Below are positions 28,167 to 36,135 of a stretch of 62,019 bases of DNA, in pieces. This DNA comes from an uncultured virus (IMG/VR IMGVR_UViG_3300009285_001861) (lineage: Duplodnaviria; Heunggongvirae; Uroviricota; Caudoviricetes). Numbering within the stretch: the first letter of the stretch is position 1; every line of letters starts with the position of its first letter. The translations under genes were made by a program, and so were the position numbers. Under the pieces are notes generated by a model. It worked only from the letters and a program-made list of their open reading frames with translations. It ran no database searches and was not told the DNA's origin. The DNA is taken from IMG/VR virus record IMGVR_UViG_3300009285_001861. The stretch is one strand, 5' to 3'.

Positions 28167-28733
28167 GGGGCAATCTCCCAGATGGCCTTCCACCTACTAG
28201 CGTTGGTACCGGGGGCATCGAACTGGAGCCCAGTGGCGAGCCAGAGGTATACCTCCCGGGTGCAGTCCCGGCAGTAACGCTTTGGTTCCTCGGTGGGGTA
28301 GTCAACAGTTGAATGAGTGTACGCATTTGTCCTCATTTATGGAAATCGACCTTTGGGGGTCTCGATTTATCCCACCATCACCGGAAAGTGGGGTAATATG
28401 ATTCAAGCACCAAAGTTTCAGTGGGGGACCTAACTTGCCCGGACGTTCCGTGGGTAAAACAGGTTGGGTCATAAAAACTCTATTGAAATCAGAGTGTTGG
28501 CGATGTTGATTTAGTCGATGCCTCCGGGCCCAGACTCTTCGAGATCCCCGTTAGTTGGAGCCAGCACCGTCTGGCCCGAGGCTTACTGTAGGGGTATGGC
28601 GCGTAAGCGCCTCACCTGCACAGCGTCAAATCGGTCCCTATAAGGCTCATCCGAAGGACTTGATCCCAAGGGATAAATGAGTACGTGATCGGAGACGGTC
28701 ACACCACAGGCACGTCTGACTGTTGTCGTGCAT
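28163..28733 (-). pseudogene. 68-aa Zn-finger gene interrupted by a 364-bp insertion
   Basis: Removing 28319-28682 gives MHDNSQTCLWCDRLRSRTHSTVDYPTEEPKRYCRDCTREVYLW...EIAP*; start and stop are both coupled to neighbours. Confidence 0.8.
28319..28682 (+). mobile_element. ORF-less structured insertion element / candidate large ncRNA
   Basis: Direct repeat AATGAGT at 28312-28318 and 28676-28682; closing inverted repeat CTCATTTAT/ATAAATGAG; at least 6 internal helices, four using G-U pairs that form only on the + strand. Confidence 0.75.
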
Positions 28734-28921
28734 CAGCTCCGAAACCTCCCCCCATTGGCGACCACATGAGCCACGGTCTCCCAAGCCCACTGAAAGTCCC
28801 CGGTGGACCCGTCCAGGGCTCGCACAACTGCGAACTGGCATTTTGCCCCACAGATACGGGCGGGTCTGCCGTCCAGCGTCACCTTGGTTGCAATCAGGTC
28901 ATAGCGTTGTTCAATGTTCAT
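28733..28921 (-). CDS. Small hypothetical phage protein
   Basis: First gene after promoter copy 8. Confidence 0.65.
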   Translation of the reverse strand: MNIEQRYDLIATKVTLDGRPARICGAKCQFAVVRALDGSTGDFQWAWETVAHVVANGGRFRS

Positions 28922-28936
28922 TTAGTAGCCTCAACA

Positions 28937-28973
28937 CCCTATCGGCACAAGCAGGCGATTTTTTAGTGAATTC
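28937..28973 (-). promoter_or_regulatory. Sigma28-like phage promoter, copy 8
   Basis: GAATTCAC-TAAA-N15-GCCGATAG-GG. Confidence 0.8.
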
Positions 28974-28974
28974 G

Positions 28975-29814
28975 TCATGCCCCTTGAAAAAAGATGGCTA
29001 CCTGCTCGGCCAGGAATGTCTCCAGGTCCGTGTGGTTGGCCTTGAAGGCCAGCGGGGTCCCATACCCCAGGGCATCATCGGTATCGAATTTGAACCGGTG
29101 CCCCCCATGGCCCCAGCCCTGACGGTACCCATCCCCTGGGAGGGATGCAAAACCGTTCGATAGGGCAGCTGCCAGGAGCTGAAGTTGGAAGCGCACATCA
29201 GGGATGAGAGGGCTCCGTGTGCGACGGTCCAGGTAAGCTGTGAACAGGGTGGACAGGGGCAGGAGCCCTTCCAGGATTTGGTCCCGCTTCGCCACAAGGG
29301 CCGGTTCCGTCCCCTTCTGGTTCCAATCTTGAGAGACACCCAGGGCTGATGGCTTGTAGAAACGACGCACATGGGTGACCGCAGCTTTGGTGTCCAGGTG
29401 GGCAGCTTGCTGGTCCAGCCATGCCTGAGGTGGCAGGACCACGAACCTGACCCCCTTGGGGTCCACCATGCCAGGGTCCATCCGGAATAGGTCAGGTAGG
29501 AACGCCGTTACAACTGTGCCTACACTGGTCTTGGTTGTGGCAAACTGGTACCCAGCGGTCTTGAGCAGCTCGATCTCGGACTCCTTGTGGCCATGTCGGG
29601 ACAAGGTCTGGGCCTTGCGACCTGACCGAAAATTGGCCAGGAAGGGACGCATTTCGTCCTCGGTGGTCCCGAACTGTGCCCACACGGGACGGATAGCCTT
29701 GGTGTTGGCCTCACCCCCTTCCCACAGGGAGTCAGCCTGAAGGCTTCCCAACAGCATGGCCGAGAAGGAACGGGACTTTTCGCCAGTTCCGGTAATGATC
29801 GTGAGGGTTTGCAC
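28975..29814 (-). CDS. Hypothetical protein
   Basis: 279-aa ORF in gene chain, AGGA RBS. Confidence 0.7.
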   Translation of the reverse strand: MQTLTIITGTGEKSRSFSAMLLGSLQADSLWEGGEANTKAIRPVWAQFGTTEDEMRPFLANFRSGRKAQTLSRHGHKESEIELLKTAGYQFATTKTSVGTVVTAFLPDLFRMDPGMVDPKGVRFVVLPPQAWLDQQAAHLDTKAAVTHVRRFYKPSALGVSQDWNQKGTEPALVAKRDQILEGLLPLSTLFTAYLDRRTRSPLIPDVRFQLQLLAAALSNGFASLPGDGYRQGWGHGGHRFKFDTDDALGYGTPLAFKANHTDLETFLAEQVAIFFQGA

Positions 29815-29817
29815 AGC

Positions 29818-30057
29818 CTATCCTTTTACCAGCAGGAGGTGGGTTTCGATGTAGGCACGGACATCGCTTGGCTTGACCATCCCCTCAGACGTGCCCTTGT
29901 GGCGCCCGCGCTCCACATCGGCACCCCCACCTTTTACCTCGTTTACGCCAGGGAAGGAGCACTTTCCTTCAGGAGAGCGTATCTTGACCGTGGACGCCCC
30001 GATCTGGTACTGCCACGTTGTCTCGTTGATGTGGATTTGTCTCATCGTGGTCTCCAT
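29818..30057 (-). CDS. Hypothetical small protein
   Basis: ORF in gene chain. Confidence 0.55.
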   Translation of the reverse strand: METTMRQIHINETTWQYQIGASTVKIRSPEGKCSFPGVNEVKGGGADVERGRHKGTSEGMVKPSDVRAYIETHLLLVKG

Positions 30058-30258
30058 CTACTTGGCCATCCAAACTCGCCCGGCTTCTGTGACATCATAA
30101 AATTCTGGCATTCCGGGAACGGGACGGGCGAGTCCCTTCTTGGCCAGGGCTCGCACGGTACGCTTCCAGGTGTTGTCGTGGGGGCAGTTTGTGGCACCTT
30201 GAGCCAGTTCCCGCAGGGTGCGCTCCTCAACGTAGCCGAGACGGACGGGGGTGCTCAT
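30058..30258 (-). CDS. Small winged-helix-like protein
   Basis: TVRALAKKGLA...YDVTEAG; first gene after promoter copy 9. Confidence 0.55.
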   Translation of the reverse strand: MSTPVRLGYVEERTLRELAQGATNCPHDNTWKRTVRALAKKGLARPVPGMPEFYDVTEAGRVWMAK

Positions 30259-30273
30259 GGTTGGTTCCTTACC

Positions 30274-30310
30274 CCCTATCGGTACCAGGAGGGAACTTTT
30301 TAGCAAAATC
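30274..30310 (-). promoter_or_regulatory. Sigma28-like phage promoter, copy 9
   Basis: GATTTTGC-TAAA-N15-ACCGATAG-GG. Confidence 0.78.
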
Positions 30311-30312
30311 GA

Positions 30313-30939
30313 CTAGGTTCCGGCTGGCAGCCCCAGGATCTTGGATAAATCAAGTTCGGGCAGTACCTGCTCAAGAGATGCCCCCTTCGTAGAATCCATC
30401 CAGTCCCCTAAAGTGTACCATGGGTTTTCCCCGTGGCCAGGATAACAGGGTGTGGTCAGGTCGCAGTTGTAGGTCTCGATGATATACCTGCACCCAAGGA
30501 GCATCCCTGTGGGCATCCCACCACTCATGCAGTCGTAGTAGTTGTAGGCAACGATCTCGTTGATGATGTTCGTGGGGTTCCTACCCGCCTCGTTGAACAG
30601 CTCCATGTCAATCTGGATACGTTGGACAAGTGCCCAAAGCCCATCGAGGATGTGGGTGATCTTGGGAGCCCCTTCCTCGTCCCAGACACTGCCCATGTAA
30701 CTAAGGTTCAGGCCCTCCTGGATTTCCCTGGCCAGCACGGGTCGGCACATCACGAGTTTTGGTTTAGAGGAGAAGTCGCTAAAAACACGGCGGAAAAGGG
30801 ACGTTAATTCCTTGTTCTCACTGAAAGTTCTCCAGTTGACTTCCCGTTCAACATGCGTCACATATTCGGCGTTGTTGACCATGGAAGACATCTCCACAAT
30901 CCAACGCCATTTGCCGGTACTAGCCGCCAGGGTCTTCAT
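30313..30939 (-). CDS. Hypothetical protein
   Basis: ATGA-coupled 208-aa ORF. Confidence 0.6.
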   Translation of the reverse strand: MKTLAASTGKWRWIVEMSSMVNNAEYVTHVEREVNWRTFSENKELTSLFRRVFSDFSSKPKLVMCRPVLAREIQEGLNLSYMGSVWDEEGAPKITHILDGLWALVQRIQIDMELFNEAGRNPTNIINEIVAYNYYDCMSGGMPTGMLLGCRYIIETYNCDLTTPCYPGHGENPWYTLGDWMDSTKGASLEQVLPELDLSKILGLPAGT

Positions 30940-31217
30940 ACTCTTTTCCCCGTCAAAACCTTCAGGGCCATCCGTACTTGATCGCCAAGTGGTGCATGCG
31001 CAGTTTGTTTGACTTCGGGGGATGCCAGGGCAGCACGAACCTCTTGCTCCTTGAACCCGAGGTTAATCAAGGCATCATGAAGCAAAGAGGGCCTTGGCTC
31101 AGGCTTTTTTGCTGTAGCTGCCTTTCGTTGGTCACGGAGGTACTCCCGCACCCCAGATCCGATTTGACGAACTCCCTCAACAACCATGCGGGCCGCGATA
31201 CTACTGAGAGTTGCCAT
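30936..31217 (-). CDS. Stand-alone RuvA domain III (RuvA_C)-like protein
   Basis: DALINLGFKEQEVRAAL...VRMALKVL. Confidence 0.7.
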   Translation of the reverse strand: MATLSSIAARMVVEGVRQIGSGVREYLRDQRKAATAKKPEPRPSLLHDALINLGFKEQEVRAALASPEVKQTAHAPLGDQVRMALKVLTGKRV

Positions 31218-31789
31218 TACTTCCGGGCCTTTTCGAATGCCTCTTTGGCTCGCTTGAACCGGCTGAGGGCAGCTGCTACGTCACTCTTGTCCGCTTGAGA
31301 GTTGGATAGCTTGTCCCATTCGAGGGTGGCGTCCGCGAAGGCACTGGCCGCGTCAGACAGCTTCTTGACCTGAAGGATCTTCTTGGCCATGAGCTCGTCA
31401 TCGTTCACGGTTTCGTTCTCGTATTCATCATAGACCCGGTTGATCCACACATACTGGCGGGTCTTGTAGTGGTGGACCCCATCAATCCTCACATCAAACC
31501 CGGCTGTGCGCAGGATATCCTGGTATCGCTCCAGGACTCTACGGGGATGCCCAGCATGGCCCACACACAAGCGACTTCGAGCGGATGTGCACAAGTTGTC
31601 GGGCACAAATGCCGGGTCGAACGATGTGGTGATCCGGAACCCCTCAGCATCGGGAATGAACCGTAGGCGCCCTGTGGTGCGGGACCGATGTGTGGGGCAT
31701 GCCAGTTCCCCGGCATCCACCAGGGCCTTCTCAATACTTTTCAGCATGAGGTGTTGGGGGGTCATGGGTTTGTTACACCTGGAGGGCAC
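31217..31789 (-). CDS. Hypothetical protein
   Basis: ORF in gene chain; start uncertain. Confidence 0.55.
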   Translation of the reverse strand: MPSRCNKPMTPQHLMLKSIEKALVDAGELACPTHRSRTTGRLRFIPDAEGFRITTSFDPAFVPDNLCTSARSRLCVGHAGHPRRVLERYQDILRTAGFDVRIDGVHHYKTRQYVWINRVYDEYENETVNDDELMAKKILQVKKLSDAASAFADATLEWDKLSNSQADKSDVAAALSRFKRAKEAFEKARK

Positions 31790-32618
31790 CTACTAGCTGA
31801 GGAAACTGACGTTCGAGGTCCTCAACAATCCTGGCCCCCTCCAACCGGTTGTGGATGAGGGCACCCTCCACGTAAGCGTTCTGTCGGGCCGTTTGTGCTT
31901 CCCAAGTGGCGTCGTCCATGCCGTCATATCGCTTCCCAAGGTTCCTCTCTTCGGCCTGTTTCCAAGCCCGGGTGGCCCGGTCAGGATCAGGAAGGTCCCG
32001 TAGGGTCTTGGCTGCCTCATAGGCAAAACGCAACCAATCGGGCTGCACATCGTCAGGCACTCGATTGATCAGGGAGGACTCACTCACATGGGTCCAGGAT
32101 GTCTCATGCTCTGGTTCCTCCATGTAGACCTCCCCCAGGCTTACCAGGAGGGCAGCACACTGCTTGTACAGCTCCCGTTTGGGGGCCTCCTGGGCTTCAC
32201 GGGCCACAACTTCGAGGTAGTCCTCGGGGCTAGTGCATGTGATGCCCCCATCGAGCCAGTCGTAGCCGTTGCCGCCGCTGGAGAAGATGTGGGCAATCAC
32301 GTCCAGCCGGGTCTTGTAGATAGTGTGCCAATAGGTGAAGCAGGCGTGTAGGGTGGCCTCCACGCCGGGAGGTTTACTGCCCTGCCCAATGTAGTACTCC
32401 ACCCACTCGATCGCATGCTTCATGGCAGCCGTTCGGGTCTTCTGGTACTGGAGACACATATGGACAGTCCCATCCCGTTTCCCGCCGGGATAGTCAACGC
32501 CCACCGTGCACTGCCAAATAGACCCAAACTGCCAAACTACTGGGTGGAACCGATCCTTATAGGTCCCATGCCAGTAGTCCCCACAGTCCTTGGTCCAGGA
32601 TGCTCCGTAGCGATTCAT
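31773..32618 (-). CDS. Hypothetical protein, tandem paralog of 32615..33265
   Basis: Shared CF..W.T.Y.TRLDVI, GNGY.W.DG, PDWL.FAY.AA, DLER.FPQL. Confidence 0.7.
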   Translation of the reverse strand: MNRYGASWTKDCGDYWHGTYKDRFHPVVWQFGSIWQCTVGVDYPGGKRDGTVHMCLQYQKTRTAAMKHAIEWVEYYIGQGSKPPGVEATLHACFTYWHTIYKTRLDVIAHIFSSGGNGYDWLDGGITCTSPEDYLEVVAREAQEAPKRELYKQCAALLVSLGEVYMEEPEHETSWTHVSESSLINRVPDDVQPDWLRFAYEAAKTLRDLPDPDRATRAWKQAEERNLGKRYDGMDDATWEAQTARQNAYVEGALIHNRLEGARIVEDLERQFPQLVGALQV

Positions 32619-33265
32619 GGGTGCCTCAATTGTGGGAATCGACGTTCGAGATCGGCCACCAACTGTCGACCGAGTTTTCGGTTTTCCTCTACTTCCTTGT
32701 CAGCAGCCTTCTGTTTCGCGAGTTCCCGGGCATCCCAGGTAGCCTTCTTCATTGGACGCTCCCCGAGTATTTCTGCGAGACGTTCATGGGCCAGTCTGAA
32801 GCCCGTGCCCTTCGCATGGCGCGGCTTTGGCAAATTACAGAGGACATGCGCGGCATCATAGGCAAAAGCCAGCCAGTCGGGACGCACGTTGTCGGGTACG
32901 TACATGATATGGGAGTACTTGCTCATCAGGCACATACCCCGCATAGGACCTTTTACGGGACCTTCGGGCAAGGCATCGACTTTGGCATAGTGGGCCAACT
33001 TGTCTTTGAGAATTCCTGCAAGTTTGGGATCCTTGGAATACTCCTCAAGTTCGTCGGCCCTTCGGGCGGGTTCCTCCAAGTATGCGTTGGGCTCACAGTT
33101 CACCAGGGCCCCATCGTGCCACACATACCCGTTGCCATACCCGAAGAAAAGGCTATTGATGACATCCAATCGGGTGCGGTACAGGGTCTTCCAGTGGGAG
33201 AAACAATCCCGAAGCGTGGCCTGAACACTTTGGGATTCCTTGCGGCGGCTATGCTTGGTACTCAT
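32615..33265 (-). CDS. Hypothetical protein, tandem paralog of 31773..32618
   Basis: Same shared motifs; start MSTKHS coupled to upstream stop. Confidence 0.7.
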   Translation of the reverse strand: MSTKHSRRKESQSVQATLRDCFSHWKTLYRTRLDVINSLFFGYGNGYVWHDGALVNCEPNAYLEEPARRADELEEYSKDPKLAGILKDKLAHYAKVDALPEGPVKGPMRGMCLMSKYSHIMYVPDNVRPDWLAFAYDAAHVLCNLPKPRHAKGTGFRLAHERLAEILGERPMKKATWDARELAKQKAADKEVEENRKLGRQLVADLERRFPQLRHP

Positions 33266-33768
33266 CCTTTCCAGGCCCCCATGAGCAGAGATTTGACGTG
33301 CATGTTGGGAATGACACCCTGGTTCATCCGTTTCCACTCGTCGTAGTCCTGTCCACATACCGTGCGAGCGAAGTCCGATATGGCCCCCGACCGTGAGATA
33401 CCCATGTGGCAATTGACCACGAGGAGGTCTTGACTCTCGGGGCGAGATTCATGGGCGCGACGAATGAAGTCCATGACCTTTTTGGCCATGGTGTCATTGA
33501 AGTAGACCAGCTGGGGGTCTCGTGGCAACTGAACCCCGTTTGGGGTGTACTTGTCCTGGATGTCGTCGAATTGGAGAGCAATACGGTCCTCCAACTCCTC
33601 CGTGATCAGGAGCTTGTAGGTGCCATCGCAGACCCCATTCGTGACCGAGATGATCCAAACCCGGTCGAATTGATGGGCCATCGAGGCAATGCTGTTGGTG
33701 GGGTTAACGCCCGCAAGGAAGTCCGCCATCACCGAGTAGGGTACCGCCCGCGCTGCTACAATCGTCAT
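33262..33768 (-). CDS. Predicted Cys-dependent (CX5R) phosphatase-like protein
   Basis: WIISVT, LQFDD, LVVNCHMGISRSGAI; paralog of 5111..5587. Confidence 0.8.
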   Translation of the reverse strand: MTIVAARAVPYSVMADFLAGVNPTNSIASMAHQFDRVWIISVTNGVCDGTYKLLITEELEDRIALQFDDIQDKYTPNGVQLPRDPQLVYFNDTMAKKVMDFIRRAHESRPESQDLLVVNCHMGISRSGAISDFARTVCGQDYDEWKRMNQGVIPNMHVKSLLMGAWKG

Positions 33769-33858
33769 GGCATCATCTTCTTGAGGATGTCCCCGAAGTT
33801 GGTTTTGAGTGGCTCCCTGGCTTCCTTGGCCATTTTCCGCCAATCACCAGGGAAATGC

Positions 33859-34031
33859 TCAACCTTTCACGGTCAGTCGATTTACGTAGGGTCGGGCCCG
33901 CTTCAGCTGGGCAGGGTTCAGGGCTACTTCCGCCCGGCCATTGTCAAAAACGGCCAGGGCACACCCGGATAGCTCCCGTCCCATTTGCCAGTCAGGGGAT
34001 GATCTTCGATACGGGAAGGCGAGGTCTTCAT
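33859..34031 (-). pseudogene. Small ORF one base short near its start
   Basis: ATG AAG ACC TCG; one more C gives MKTLAFPYRRSSPDWQMG...LTVKG*; directly after promoter copy 10 and AGGA RBS. Confidence 0.4.
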
Positions 34032-34043
34032 GGTGTTCCTACA

Positions 34044-34080
34044 CCCTATCGGTACGAGGGGACAACTTTTTAGAGAAATC
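34044..34080 (-). promoter_or_regulatory. Sigma28-like phage promoter, copy 10 (at the strand switch)
   Basis: GATTTCTC-TAAA-N15-ACCGATAG-GG. Confidence 0.8.
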
Positions 34081-34132
34081 GTCAGGCCAATAGCGGTAAG
34101 GTTGTTACACCCCCAACGAGGAATTTGCCTTC

Positions 34133-34318
34133 ATGAACGCCACCAACTCCCCCGATGCCCTCCAACAGTACGACATCACTCAAGTTCTGCGTGAGATACT
34201 CAAGCATGGGGACTCCCATCCCTCCCAACGGGCGATGTTGGAGTTGGTCGATCTCCTTGAACGTGAGCTGGCCCTGAAGGGCTACAAAATCGTACGTGCC
34301 CCTGTCACAGAAGCGTAA
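34133..34318 (+). CDS. Hypothetical small protein
   Basis: First + strand ORF, GAGGA RBS. Confidence 0.5.
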   Translation: MNATNSPDALQQYDITQVLREILKHGDSHPSQRAMLELVDLLERELALKGYKIVRAPVTEA

Positions 34319-34326
34319 GTTGTGGC

Positions 34327-34590
34327 ATGAGCACCAGTAGGACATCGGTTGGGACCTTGGAGGCCACCTTCTACGAGGAGAGCCCGGGTAGTGGCGTGGC
34401 CTGCAAGTGGTCCGTTGAGGCCAAGTATGCTAACTTGACCATATGTTCGAGAGACTGTGTCTACCTCAGGGTCCAAGACCATTGGGGACAGGTCATTACC
34501 AACAAAGCTTCCTGGCCCCCTGGTGTTCAGAAAATCGTGACTGTTTTCGAGCAACTTCTAGGGGACTTGGGTCCTGGGGATCGGTTCTAA
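34327..34590 (+). CDS. Hypothetical protein
   Basis: ORF in + strand chain. Confidence 0.5.
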   Translation: MSTSRTSVGTLEATFYEESPGSGVACKWSVEAKYANLTICSRDCVYLRVQDHWGQVITNKASWPPGVQKIVTVFEQLLGDLGPGDRF

Positions 34591-34878
34591 GGCCATGCAG
34601 GGACTAGACATTTTCGTAACCAACCACCCATGGATCACGGCATTTCTGCTGCTTATTCTATATGAGCTGGTGGTTGGGCTGGTTAACCCACGGATCTGCC
34701 AACACTGCTATGAAAAGGAAGACGCTGATGAGTAACCACTCGAAACGACACTCCATTTTCTGGGAGGAGCTGCTTATTGCTGCCATCCCGGCTATCTTGA
34801 GTCCCTTGGTCCACCATGTTGGGGAAGTGATCCGCGATTACATCTCGGACAGGCGGGAATCAAAGGAACCCCAGGAAC

Positions 34879-35130
34879 CTACCGATAAACGTGAAGGCAA
34901 GCCGTAGGGATTGCACTTGGGTTGCCTTGCCGTAGGGCTTCCCTGGCATTTTCGCAGAGTGCCCTGGTTCGGCCGCATATCTCGATGGGAGCGCCGTTCG
35001 TAGCCGTCGAGGAGGTGCAGTGCCACCACCAGTGGGCATGTGGCCGCAATACATTTTGAGTGGTCGCCAAGGTGTCCCCTGAGCGTAATAGGGACGTGGC
35101 CAGCAAGGTAGCAACCAGGAACTTTCGCAT
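34879..35130 (-). CDS. Small secreted Cys-containing protein (signal-peptide-like N-terminus)
   Basis: MRKFLVATLLATSLL...; 4 Cys; GGAGG upstream on minus strand. Confidence 0.5.
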   Translation of the reverse strand: MRKFLVATLLATSLLRSGDTLATTQNVLRPHAHWWWHCTSSTATNGAPIEICGRTRALCENAREALRQGNPSAIPTACLHVYR

Positions 35131-35440
35131 GACGGACCTCCAGGAGAGTGATTCCCATAGCCAGTGCACCGCAACCGTGACCCCCCCTGCCCACGAGGTT
35201 CCCTTCTCGTTCATGGGTCGGGGGTGGGTGGCGCTTTTGTGGTGGTGTGACGTGGACCGGGTGTGGGACACCGTGGTCTATGAGGTCCGTCGAAGCCCCA
35301 AGGAAGGCCGGGAGCCCGTCATGGAGTGGGTGGCCTCCGGGGTTAGCTGGAACAGGTTTGTCCCAGTACAGTGGCAGTCTGGCAAATGTGAGAGGGCATT
35401 CATCAACAAGATCAGCACTGAAACGAAGAGTTTCAAGTAA
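35129..35440 (+). CDS. Hypothetical protein
   Basis: ATG at 35129 with AGGA upstream. Confidence 0.5.
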   Translation: MTDLQESDSHSQCTATVTPPAHEVPFSFMGRGWVALLWWCDVDRVWDTVVYEVRRSPKEGREPVMEWVASGVSWNRFVPVQWQSGKCERAFINKISTETKSFK

Positions 35441-35452
35441 GCGCAAGTCCAA

Positions 35453-35761
35453 GTGCTACAGCTGAGAGCTCACTTCAATGGCTCCAAGTGGAGCGTCCAG
35501 GCATACGACCTGACGGTGGCCCCAGGGTCAGGCTGGTACGAAGTGGCTGCCCTCACGAATGAGGAGGATGCTAGGTGGCTCAAAGCTACTCTCATACTAC
35601 ACAAGGTGGACCCAATCGATGCCAGGGCTCATATTGGATTTGCCCTGACTCAACTGGAGTCCCAGTCCATTGCTGATGGATTCCATTCTGGATTTGCGGC
35701 TGGCGTCAAGGCGGAAAAGAAACGCCTTCAAGATTCCCTGAAGGGTGTAAAAGGGCCATGA
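35453..35761 (+). CDS. Hypothetical protein
   Basis: ORF coupled to next gene. Confidence 0.5.
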   Translation: MLQLRAHFNGSKWSVQAYDLTVAPGSGWYEVAALTNEEDARWLKATLILHKVDPIDARAHIGFALTQLESQSIADGFHSGFAAGVKAEKKRLQDSLKGVKGP

Positions 35762-36135
35762 CAAGTCAGCGCAAGTTGGAGATGATCGCCGCAGGCAAGG
35801 AGATGGATGACCAGCATGCCCAGAAGCTTCGGGCCATTGTGACGGAGCTGGACCCCATGGGACTCCGTGCAATGGGTGCCCCTGAGGGGGAATATAGCCA
35901 TGAGATCATGATGCTTGCAGGTTCTGAGTACCGTATTCGTTCGGCACTCACGGCGGCCCGATGTCTATGGGAGATATTTGAGTACACCTTTAGTGGTGTC
36001 CACAAGCACCATCCCGGCTATTATGCAGCTGCGGGTCGACAGGTCTATCAGGCGTTTCGGGATTACGATGATGCCCTGGCCAAGCTCATTGGCATGCCAA
36101 CCCATGAACTTCGGCGGATCGCCAAGAGGATTTGA
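35758..36135 (+). CDS. YugE/DUF1871-like protein
   Basis: ELDPMGL..GAPEGEYSHEI. Confidence 0.6.
   Translation: MTSQRKLEMIAAGKEMDDQHAQKLRAIVTELDPMGLRAMGAPEGEYSHEIMMLAGSEYRIRSALTAARCLWEIFEYTFSGVHKHHPGYYAAAGRQVYQAFRDYDDALAKLIGMPTHELRRIAKRI

Noticed and set aside
28144..28326. Track ORF MRTLIQLL... and the alternative GTACG target duplication
   Set aside because: That frame gives a low-complexity peptide and loses both the second CxxC and the ATGA coupling; the AATGAGT solution restores both
28319..28682. Insert as tmRNA, RNase P RNA, canonical group I/II intron or HEARO/omega-RNA
   Set aside because: Size fits tmRNA/HEARO and the repeat contains ATGA, but there are no tRNA-like ends, no GAGGAAAGUCC, no correctly ordered GACUA/UAGUC P7 pair and no domain V; the nearby HNH lacks the PLMP and RuvC motifs of IscB. 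Not assignable by eye
28312..28682. T4 gene 60-like translational bypass using matched ACT-CAT codons
   Set aside because: The gap is 364 nt, the stop is about ten codons after the take-off site and the structure favours the opposite strand
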